A DNA stretch of 64,000 nucleotides from Protoeuglena noctilucae. Its lineage: Eukaryota. A program made the translations under genes and the position numbers. Below, piece by piece: positions 31,903 through 42,640 of this stretch. The first letter of the stretch is position 1; each line of letters starts with the position of its first letter. The notes under the pieces were generated by a model. That model made no database searches. It saw only the letters and a program-made list of their open reading frames with translations, and had not been told where the DNA came from. Where the stretch lies: NCBI GenBank assembly GCA_958009085.1, contig OY253668.1, positions 372,001 through 436,000 on the forward strand, in the 5' to 3' direction.

Positions 31903-34116
31903 TCACGATGGGCAGTAGTCCCATGCACTGCCCAGCACAGTGTCGTTTGCGGCGCCCCTGTCGGGCACGCGCGTTGCCTGCGTGCAGGGGCCGCTCGCAA
32001 AGTTGAACGCGACTCGAGATGACCGCGGGCCTCATTCCGCCGTCAAACCTGGATCGGCTGCGTCCATCAAAGCTGCGAGCGGCCCTCACCAGCCTCCCAG
32101 CGGGGGTGCCGAACGTGCAAGTGCTTTCGGACACCACGCACCACGGCGCCTTTTCCTCATCGACGTTCACACAGACCCCTGAGACGCTGTAGGTGGGGTC
32201 CTGAGGAGGAAGCCACCACTGCGAGCGCGGCGGGGCTGGCGTGGGAACGACCTGGCAGGTGCAGAGTGCCCGGCGGGGCAGTGTTAGGCTCGCTGGTCAC
32301 CTTGGGTGAGCACTGGCATCCGGCGTCGGTGGTCGCGGGGGCGGTGCAGTAGTCGTAGAAATGTCCGGATGTCGTGACGCCGAAGGGGATGTACTTGCAC
32401 GACTTGGAGTCCACGACTGCGAGGATGAAGTGGCTGAGATGTGGCGTGTGCACAGTTCATGCGGCACCGGCTGTCACGCATGCGTCGAGCCAACTCACGG
32501 CACCAGGGGCCTGAAGGGTCCTGGTCGGGATTCTGGCAGCCAGCATACTCCTGTCCGTGCATGGTCCACCCGGTCGGCAGGCACTGGCACCCAGCGGCAG
32601 TCGTCTGCTTCTCTGCAGCACCTGCGCCACCGCCACACATAAGGCAACCCGGTCAAACAGCTTTCTGAGCTGTTTGGCATCACGGAAGGCACTACAGAAC
32701 TCAGTAGTCGTCATTCTGGTTGTCAGAAGGTAGGCGACCTCGGCGCGAGTCAACACAGTTTGCCAGTGTTGCTCACCTCCTGCATGTTCCGGTGCCGACG
32801 TTGCCACCGGCTGCGTAGCCGCGCTCGCGGGCCCGCACCAGTCCCACGCCTCCTTTGAGTGCCCCAGCGTCCCGGCAGGCTCGCCAGCCGTGCAGGATGC
32901 CCTGCAAATACGACCAAGCACACGCGAGGGTTTCCAGCGCCATCAAACTGTCCAGTTCGTCTGTCATACTGGCTCCATGCACATGCAGCGCTCACCTGTC
33001 GACCACGCACCACGGCCCGTCGCCGTCCACATCCTCGCATGTGCCGGGGATCACCCGCGAGCCCGGGAAGGCCGACCACTTGTTCAAGCACCGGCAGCCC
33101 TGCCGCGTTGTGTCGGGCGCGGGCTTGCAGTAGTCCCACGGCCCCAGCTCGTCTGCCTTGCTGTAGGGCTGGTTCTGAAGATGGGATGGGAAGGACCGCC
33201 CTTCGTGCCTGTGCCACCGGGACGTGTGCAGAGAGCCCAAGCGGCAGCGCCATCACCTTGCAGCTGCGCACGTCGATGAAGCACCACGAGCCCCCCAAGT
33301 CGCCGCTCGGGTTGGAGCACTGGGCCGGGTAGCCGGTGCCCATGTAGGTAGAAGGGACGCACGCGCATCCCGCGAGGGTGGTCGCTGCCGGCGGAGCAGC
33401 CGGGTCTGCGCTCGGAACCGCCGGAGCTGTCGCCGCGGGTCCGGCGCACCAGTCCCAGCTCCTCACGGAGTCCTGTCCGGCAGGCGTACCCTGGCATGTC
33501 GCCAGGTCGACCTCGCACCAGGCCTTGTCCTGCCCGGCCACGGTTGCACAGCTGTCCCCCATCGTTTTTCCTCCGAGTCCCCATCCGCGCTGGGGGCGAA
33601 ATCCAGTGCTCAGGTCAGCCTAGCTCGAGGCCTGCTGGAGTGTCCATCACCGATCAACACCTACCCTGCAAGCGCATCCGGCGACCGTCTGCGTCGGGCT
33701 CTTCTCGCAGTAGTCCCACGCGAGGCCGGAGACGCTCAGCTTGCGCCCGGGGCTCGACTTGCAGGTCGCCTCATCGACCAGGCACCAGCTCCCGTTGACA
33801 TCGCTGTCTGGGTTCGCGCAGCCCTCGAACGCCTTGCCCTTCCAGAACCAGGAGTTGTTCTGGCCCGTCGCAAGACACCTGCAGGATGCGCGAGATGGCG
33901 GCCCACAAATCACGCTTTTGAATTCCAGGGTGGGTGCTGCCACCCGCGGAAATCCGTCGCGACCCGCGCCAGGAGCAGGGGTCACTTGCAGCCGTTGTTC
34001 GTTGTGTTTAAAATAGCCGTCGGGACCACCGTAAGCGGCGGTGGGGCCTTGGACGGCTCGGCCGCCGAGCAACCTGCCGCCAGGGCGCAGGCTAGCGCGG
34101 CGAGCGAGAGCAGCAT
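31903..34116 (-). CDS. Secreted protein composed of six Cys-rich kringle-like repeats
   Basis: Signal peptide MLLSLAALACALAAGCSAA, then six units of TxxGCxC..C.NPD.D..G[SP]WC.VD...C...WD[YW]C (degenerate in some units); ends SAWDYCPS*. A TGTAA lies at 31886-31882 downstream. Confidence 0.8.
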
Positions 34117-34200
34117 GTTGAAAGACGTCGCGGAAAATCTCGAGAGGCTGTCGGCAGGGGCGGAAACACCAGCGCGAGAAGCGCTGGCGGTGCCAGTCGC

Positions 34201-36262
34201 CTACTGGAAAAGGCGGGGGGCATTCTTGGTCCCGGCCAAAGAGCAGAACGCGTCTACTCCTGCTGGAACATCGCCCTCGCGCAGGGAGATGTCGGGGGCG
34301 ATGCCGACCCGGTTGATGTCCGTCCCGCTGGGCGTCTGGTACTTGGCGACCGTCTGCAGAGAGCATGTGGACAGGAACCTGGCAATCGCTGCGAGCTGCT
34401 TCGACAGCTCGTCACTGACCGCCACATACGCACCACTGCGACCCCCGAGCCGTCCGAGAGGTCCACGATCGTCTGGATGAGGCCCTTCCCGAACGTCGTC
34501 TCCCCCGCCACTGTTGCCCGTCGATTGTCCTTGAGGGCGCCAGTCAGGACCTCCGCGGCGGACGCGGTGCCCTTGTTGACCAGCAGCGTGACGGGCCTCT
34601 GCGGTGGTTGCAAATACCCGCTCATATGGGCTGCGCAGTCCCAGGTGCCTCAGCAACTGAGAAACCTGCTCACCTCCGTCTCGATCGCAACCCCCGTCGC
34701 CGAGTAAATGTCGCGGACTCCCTCGCTGTCCGCGACGAGGACGATGTCCCCCTTGTTGAGAAACAACCGCGCGATCTCCACTGACGATGGGAAGAAGCCG
34801 CCCGTGTTGTTCCTGCAACAAGACAAGCGGACTTAGTCACTGACATTCCAGACAACATCCAAATGCGACAGTTGCCACCGCCCATAATATCGCAGCCCAC
34901 CGCTCGCCTGAGGTCGATTACGAGCTTGGACACGCCTTTGGCCTGCAGCGCCTTGAGAGCCTCCCGGAACTCCTCCGTCGTCTGCACGAAGGACATGGTG
35001 TGAAGAAGGACTGTCTGTTAGAGAAGCATCCATGTACCTCATCAGCTGCTTGGCGAGCGGCGGTGCGGGTGCACATGCTCGCCTTGGTGTTGAATGCCTG
35101 AAGGCGCACGTATCCCACAGCACTCTCTGGCCCACCGATGCCCGGGGACGACGGGCAGACCCCGGACGTCACGGCCTTGATGGCCACCCTCTCCCTGGCC
35201 AGCACGACGTCCTGCAATGGCATGACCACAGCACCCCTCAAGGCATGGCCCCACCCCAGCACGCTCCCCGCGCTCGCACTCCGCAGCGCCCACGGCACCA
35301 CTTGCCTCGGGCTTGTTGCTCCCCGGCCGCAGGATTCGAACGGTGACCTGCGACTGCTCGGGCCCTTTCAAAAGGTCGGCAACGTCGTAGAGCGACTTGC
35401 CCAAGGTGTCCACGCCATCCACCTGAAGGATCTTGGTGCCCGGACGAATGCCAGCCCTGCGGGGACGTCAGCCTAACATGAGTGGAACAAGCAGGAGCCG
35501 GCAGGCATGACAACAGGCCGGGCGTCTCGCACCGGTCTGCCGGGCCTCCCTGCTGGGGCGACAACACCACGATCTCCCCCGACGAGTTGGAGCCCTCCGA
35601 TTCGAATGCAATCTCCAGCCCGACGCCCGTGACCGAAGACTTGGTGCTTGCTCGGATGGCGGCCAGGCGCTCCGGCTCCAGGAACCTGGCGAGGGACAGT
35701 TCTTCATTGTTACCGCGGGGGTTCCGCAGCATGTCGACAGAGGTGCCCACCTGCTCTGCCGGGCCCTGGGTCACCTGGTGAAAGGGTCGCCGAGCAGAGC
35801 AAGGGTCTTGCGGATCGCGGCGTACGTGTCCTCCCGGGTGTTCATCTTCGTCTCCCGCAAGGTCTTCTCACGCACGAGGGACCAGTTGTTGCCATTGAAG
35901 GTCTTATCCACGTATGCCCTGCGGGGGTGGCGCTGGTGGCCGTGTCTCCTGACGACCACTCGCCTCGACTCCTCGTCGCAAACGCGGAGCAGGCCATCTC
36001 ACCGATCCACCGCGCGCCACGCTTCCAGATAAAGCAAGTTCTCATTAGAGATGGCGTGCGCCGGCTGCGCCAGCAGAGACGCGGCGCACGCTGCGGCTAC
36101 CAGCACGCTGATGGCAAGCGGCCCCGCGCGCGCTCCTCGGACATCCTCCGAACTCGAGGACCATCTTGCAGCGTAACACCGTCCACAAGTATGCAGAGGG
36201 TATCGACGCGGAATCCCATAGCCTACTCCGCGTGCGCCGGCCGCGGGCTGCATCAGCCGCAT
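34201..36262 (-). CDS. ctpA: C-terminal processing peptidase CtpA (D1 protease, S41) with a lumenal-type AHA cleavage site; start uncertain
   Basis: Motifs ENLLYLEAWRAVDRAYVDKTFNG, LGDPFTRFLEP, PDZ VTGVGLEI, GYVRLQAFN and IDLRNNTGG. Catalytic LVNKGTASAAEVL and TFGKGLIQ, then TVAKYQTPSGTDIN. Confidence 0.96.
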
Positions 36263-36818
36263 GCCCGCCGCCGAAAATCCTCGCCGGTGGGTGGCCGATG
36301 ATCCACCTCGCGGCCGCAAGCAACTCTTGGGATTGAATCAATGAAATCGGTCAGGCGATGCCTGTGTAAATGCACTTCCTGCCGCGTGCTGGGCTACGCG
36401 AGCCACTTGCTGCTGCAACGGAGCGCCAGGGCACCGAGAACGCTGCACTTGACACCGGGCCACTTCTGTTGCTGTGTATGAGCTGATAAGATGTGTGGGC
36501 GTGTCGCGCCATCGATGGCGTCGAGTGGCTAGGCGGACTGACATCTCAAAGCGCCTGAACCATCGTCATCCACGCATGAAAGCGTGGCGCGGGCACGAAA
36601 TGCATTCCAGAAAAGGAAGCGAGCACGTCGCTGCTCCTGCGCATCGGGACGACCGCCCATCGCTCAGGTCCAGCAGCTCGAGTACGCTTTCGTCCTGCGA
36701 GACTCAGGGTCCGCGCGCTCCATCGCTGCAGCTTCTCTTCTTCTCTTTTGGTCGCTTGAGCCGCCTCTCAGAGCTTTTTGCGATCCTTGCGGGGCGGCAG
36801 GGCGACGGGCGGGTCCAG

Positions 36819-39800
36819 ATGTCCAAAAAGAGCGTCGATGAGATCTGGGCCGAGCTCAACAAAAGGCCCGTCTCGCGCACAGCAAAATCTTCCGTGATAC
36901 AGGGCATTCCAGGGCTGGTAAGTAGGCGCCCCGAAGGCGTGGGGCGCGCAAGGGTGGCCGTTTTTAGAAGCACCGCAGGACAGGCGCGCTCTCGTCGCTC
37001 CGGCCAATCCGGGCCCGCCCTTGCTCCGCAGTCCAATCACTCGACTGCGTCAGATCGCCCGGCAAAGACGGATGCGCCGGGGACGGCTTCTTCCGCGGAC
37101 GCCAGGCCGACCCCGGCCTCGGTCATGGTCGCGCAGCTCCACAAGGAGGTGCAGCTCGTGCAGCAGCGAGCAGAGGCCATGGACATCGACAAAGATGGGC
37201 AGACGCTCGTGAGCAATTGGGACCCGGCGCGGGCAGGCAGCTCGGCGGAGGAGCGGGACGTGTGGACGGCCCAGCACCAGGTGCGCGCATGCCAGGAATG
37301 GAATGCGGCGTCCTCCGCGCTTGATTGCCTGGGTATCACGCTCGGTTTTCGTTCGTTTCCGCAGCGCGACATCAACTGCATGGCCGATCCCAACAAGCAC
37401 GTCCGGGCTCGTGCCGTCCAGCGCATGAGCCGCGAGGTCGCTGGGCCCCCCGCGATGCAGCCCGGTCTGCTGCAGGCGATTGTGGTAAGCTGCGTTCGGC
37501 GTTGATGCTTCGCTCAGCCATGGCACACCATCATCAGCTCAGGCATCGATCGCGACTCATCCCGTGCGCAACGCCCGCCACGCCCCCAGTGCGGCCCTCT
37601 CCTGGCCCCGCTCGTGCGAATGCTGGACGACGTGGCAGAGTCGTGCAGAGAGACGGCGCTGGAGCTCCTCGCCGGCGCCTTGGCCACCGTCCCCGAGCCC
37701 TCGGCACTGCTCCCTGCCGTCCTCCCAGCCCTCCACCGGCGGATGGGCCGCAGCCCTGTGGTCGAGCCGACTGAGGAGATCCGCGTAGCGGCATTGCGTC
37801 TGGTGGGGAGGCAGGTGTGCACGAGGTGCCGGGACGAGGCGGGGGCGTTTGGGGCAGAGATCGTGGGAATCGTGTCGTGCGGGGTGGAGGACGCGTTTCC
37901 AGAGTCCAAGAAGGAGGCGTGCGCCGCGATCGGTCCGCTATGCGACGTCTTGGGAATGGACGGCGTGCAAACACACCAAGAGGTGGGCTGAACGGCCTCG
38001 CAGATGTTATGCTGCGACTGCGCCAGCCACCACGCGCGTAACATGTGGCCCTGCTACCGACCCATCCGCAGAGGCTGCTGGCGTGCCTGGCGGGGGCATG
38101 CTCGCACCAGCATGCACGCGTGCGCCAGGCTGCGGTGGAGGCCATGGTCCCCGTTGCTGGGGTGGGAATGGACGAAGAGCGGGTGCGAGACGCTTTGGCA
38201 CCACCCATGCGGGCCCTGGCGTGGGACCACTCCCCGCCCGTTCGGCAGGCCTTGTTCCGGTCGCTCGGCGTCCTGCTGGGCGCCCGGGGCTCGCAGGCCC
38301 CGTCTGCTGCCCTCCCGGCCTTCTATCGCGAGCTGCTCCCGCTGCTGCTCTTGGGTGTCACTGACGAGTCCCCGGAGATCGCATCCGAGGCGCTCTCCAT
38401 CGTTGAGGAGGTCGGGACGACCTTCTGCGCGAGGCGGGCGGCGGAGGGGGCTGCAGGCACAGAGCCGTCGGCGGGCGGGGCGGAGGCGGCCGGGGCAGCG
38501 CACACCCCAGCAGAGGTGGCGGCGGCGCAGCTGCCCGCGCCGTACCGCGGCCTGCCCCGTCGTGAGGCCGGGGAGATGGTGGGGGCGCTTCTCCCAGATG
38601 TCCTGGGGCCGGTGGTGAAGGGACTTCGGGAATGGACGGTGGCGCTGAGGTCGGGCGCCGCGCGCGCCCTCCACACCATGGTGGCGGTGGCCGGGGACCG
38701 CGTGGTGCCTCATCTGGACCAAATGGTGGCGGCGCTGTGCGGGGCAGTGCTGGACAAGGAGCATTCCGTCGCGCGCCTCGCCCTCGCGGCCGTACACGTC
38801 ATCGGGGCCCTCATCGCGTCTCAGGTGGGTGGTTGGGGTGCCACGCTGGTTGCAGTCGTGTCAGGGAAATGGTAGCGTGCTGCGATAAGTGCCTGGCTCG
38901 TCCTCGGCCGCAGCGGTGGCTGGGTCTGGTGCTCGACGAGGTGACGAGCCTCAAGGGCACCCCCCAGAGCCGCACGGGGGCGCTGACGGTGCTGGCGGCG
39001 CTGCTGCTGAGCGCGGCGAACGCGGGGCGGTCCCTTCATGCGGGGGCTTCCGTGCAGATCACTGCCGCGTTGACGAGCGAGGGCGTGCGGGGCTGCGACA
39101 CGCCCGGAGCGCGGGTCCAAGTGGTGGAGGCCGTCGCAGGGACGGTGCGCCTCGCGGGGTCCGCCTGCGCGCCGCAAGCGCGCGAGCTCTTCCTCGTGCT
39201 GCTACAGATGGCCGGCACCGACGTCGCGGACCGTGCCGTGACCGCCATGGGACAGCTGGCCGAGGCGTGCGGGCATGCGAGCGCCGAGGACCTCGCCGCG
39301 GCTCACGCCCCCGCTTTGCTCGACGAAGGTGCCGCGCAGTGCTGTGACTGGTGCTTTGAATGCGCCCCCGAGTGTTGGCCAGCGTGCCGCTCGCATGCAA
39401 CTTGCCATGCCCACCCTCGCAGTGACCGCCAGCCACGTGAAGTGGACGGTCGCGCACCCCGACCTCTCCGCCTTCCAGTCCTTGCTGCGAGCCTGCCCGG
39501 CCCCCACGCTGTCGTCGCTGCTCCCACGACTGTCGGACTTGGGATCGCGGCTCTTGGCGCCCGAGCGCGATCCGCAGATGCGCCTGTCGGTGCTCCGGCT
39601 CCTGGACGAGCTGATGGAGGACCCCGTGCGCGGCCCCGCCTTCCGCGGGCCCCTCAGCGGGCTCTTCTTGATGGCCGTCCTCCTCCCGCCGTGCGTGTGG
39701 CGCGCTGGCAAGGTCGCGGCAGCGGTGCGGTACGCCGCGGCCGTGAGCGTCGGGACCATGCTGGAGCGCGACTTGATCGCGAGGGAGCAGCTCGTGGAGG

Positions 39801-40387
39801 CGTTGGCAGTGGGCGCAGACCCGTCCGACCCCAAGGCGAGAGCGAAGGGCGTACCACGTGCCGGTGCTGCCCACGCAGCGCTCAGGCGACCCCGGTGCCG
39901 CTACCGCCAGCCGTCGACGCATCCGCAGAAGAAGGGTGCGCTCATCGCTGTCGTCACGTCGCTGATGGACGAGGACTATTACACGGACACCCGGCTGGCG
40001 GCCGTTCACGTGTGCCGGCACCTCATCCGCATCGTGGGCCCCGCCCTGATGTACGAGCAGCGCCGGCACCTGTACCCGGAGCTCGCCAAGAGGCTGGACG
40101 ACGCCAGCGACGTGGTGCGGGAGGCGGGGGCCCGGACAATCCAGGCCTTCGTGGCCGAGAGCGGGAAGGAGCTCGACGAGACCAACACGGGGTACCTGGT
40201 CAAGTCCATTCTCATCCACATGGACGACGCGAACGCGGCCGTCGCGGAGGCGGTGTGCGCGGCCGTGTGCACCGCCGCGGGGATCTGGCCCGCCGCGGTC
40301 AGGCGCGAGGTAGAGGAAGTAATGGACCGCTTCCGCTCCAAGGTCATGTGCGAGCGCGTGATCCGGGTGTGCCAGGAAGCCTGCTAG
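36819..40387 (+). CDS. DNAAF5: Dynein axonemal assembly factor 5 (HEATR2), HEAT-repeat protein
   Basis: Motifs RDINCMADPNKHVR, EPTEEIRV, HQHARVRQAAV, LAWDHSPPVRQ, LLLLGVTDESPEIA, WRAGKVAAAVR, LYPELAKRLDDASDVVR and LIHMDD are characteristic of HEATR2/DNAAF5. Confidence 0.88.
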
Positions 40388-40527
40388 ACATGGTGAACTG
40401 CCGGTCTGGCGCTGACACGCGTCTGTTTTTCACAACGGAAAGGTCGTTGCGGCCGCCACTCTTGCTGAGACGTTGACCTGCCACGTGGAAGCCCTAAAGA
40501 AGAGACACGGCGGGTCGACTGGGCGCA

Positions 40528-42365
40528 ATGGCTGCGGCTGCGCGCGCAGCTCTGGGAGCACGGGCCCCTCGCACAGCAGGGCCCGTTGGGCCTGCATTGC
40601 CGGGGTCCCATCGATGGCATGCAAGACGCTGTGACGTCCACGCGTCCAATCGGTCGTTCGTGGCGCCTCCCAGCGACTGGGTCATCCCACAGCGCAACGA
40701 GGATGCCGCGGCGTCGCCGGTGCGGTGCCAGCGAGACATGTAGGCGTTGCCAATACATGCGGCATCGCGCGCCGGTGCCGGGAGCATTCCCCCTTTCGCG
40801 GGGGTGCATGCCTGCGCGGGTGTTTGGGCCGTGGCCCGACGAGGCCGCGAGCCCGCGCACCCCGCCGGTGCAGTGCCCGAGATGACCGTTTTGCCTTGCT
40901 CCCCGAGCGCAGGTGATCACTGGCGCTCCCGAAGGGCGCCACACGGTGTACACGGTGCGCCTGCGCACCGGGTCCAGCAGGGGCGCGGGGATGTCCGAGA
41001 TCACATCCGGGGTGCTTATTGGTATCATTGGTGAGTGATCGGCTGCGCGGCGGGGACGGCGCTGGCCGAGCCGGGGCGCCAAATGCCAAACTGTCCCGCC
41101 GCCTGGGGCGAGCCCGCGCGGCGTCGGATCGCCGCCGCCGCGCTCCGTGCGCAGGGGACGGGGGTCGCTCTCACATCCACGTCATTCCGCAGCTGTATGA
41201 CGAGCGCGACAGGGTCCGCGACCTCGTGGAGATCTGCAGCAAGGTCGGGGAGGAGGGCGGGGCCGACTGCCGGGTACCAGGTGCGCGCGGGGACATTGCC
41301 GAGCGCTCCGGACATCTGCAACGGCCGTCGCCGCCGCAGCAGCGCAGCCTCGGCTCTCGCCCGCAGTGCTGTCCCTGGAACGCACCACGGCGGACGGAAG
41401 CGGCAAGGCGCCCGTGCGCCGATTCCAGCAGGGCGCCCTGGACGAGGTGTCGTTCGTGGGGCTGGACGTGGGCGCGATCCGCGCCGTGCTGCTGGCGCCC
41501 CAGAGCGGCACCTGGGAGGTGGACGAGGTCAACGTCAGCTCCAGCCGGTCCCCCGCCTCGCACCGCTTCGTGTGCCGCAAGCGCCTCGGCCGCGGCCGCC
41601 GCGCCGACGCCGACGCCGTGCAGCTCCTGCCGGTCCCGGCGGACGTCGTCATGTACGGGGACACGCCCCTGTCGCCGGCCCAGGCCCGAACGGTCCGCGA
41701 GGGCAACCTGCAGCAGTACCAAGTCCGCAAAGCCACGCAGACCGTCGCGAACGGCGCGCTCGTCGCCGCGGGCTCCGTCCTGTGCCTCTTAGGCGGCGGG
41801 CCCGCCTACGCCGGCTCCTTCGCCGCCGGGGGCCTCGGCGGCATCCTCTACTTTGCCCTACTGGCGCGCCAGGTCGAGTCCATCACCTCCGCGCCCCTCC
41901 GCATGGCCGAGGAGCCCCCGGGGGCCGCGACGGGCGCCCTCTCGTCCCTAGGCCGCTTCACGGAGTCCGCCGGCTTCCGCTACCTGGTCCTCTTCGCGAT
42001 GCTCTACGCTTTCTTCTGGGGACTCCAGAACAGCGTCGCCGTCGACGAGGCCGAGGACGGGACGCACGTCGTGCAGGTACGCAGTCGCTGGTGCAGCCCA
42101 GGGCATGCTGAAGGCGGTGTGGTGTGGTGCCGGTGTTGGCGTACACAGCCTGGCACTTTGCCGTGGGGCTCTGCCTCGCAGCTGGGAACGCCCTTCGCTG
42201 CCCCGACCGTGCGCCCAGGTCCTCCTGGGCGTGGCCGGGTTCCTGCAGTACAAGGTGGCGCTGCTGCTGGCGACGCTCCTGCCCGACGAGGTCGACGAGC
42301 GGATGAAGGAGCTTGTGGACGACGTCAACTACGAGGTCCGCGAGAAGTTACAGGGAAGAAAGTGA
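40528..42365 (+). CDS. Uncharacterised, probably plastid protein: PLAT/LH2-like beta domain plus C-terminal TM helices
   Basis: Transit-like first exon MAAAARAALGARAP. PLAT-like VYTVRLRTGSSRGAGMSE..GVLIGIIG, RFQQGALDEVSFVGLDVGAIRAVLLAPQSGTWEVDEV. TM block GGLGGILYFALLARQVE and LLGVAGFLQYKVALLL. Confidence 0.72.
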
Positions 42366-42640
42366 AAGCGACCCGTATAAATCAAATCCCCGTTCCATCG
42401 GACGAGCGGGTCTGGATGTCTGCGGAGCGACCGTCGGGACCTTGCCTCTCCCACCCCAAGCCCCTAGCACTCCTGGGCTCGCCACCTCGGGGTCTCCGCC
42501 CACTCTGCGTCTCGTTCTCTGTCTATCGCCGAGCCCTGCTGGCCGGCGGGTCCTCTAGCTCGCCCACGCGGTCCTTGAGTTGCGCAGAATGAATGTCTAT
42601 AGGCAAGTGCCGAGCCACTTTCAACATGCCAAAGAGATTT

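Noticed and set aside
42366..42640. SECIS element explaining the in-frame TGA of the cNMP gene
   Set aside because: No convincing ATGA..AA..GA stem-loop was seen by eye, and cNMP domains are not known selenoproteins. Not excluded without a dedicated search.
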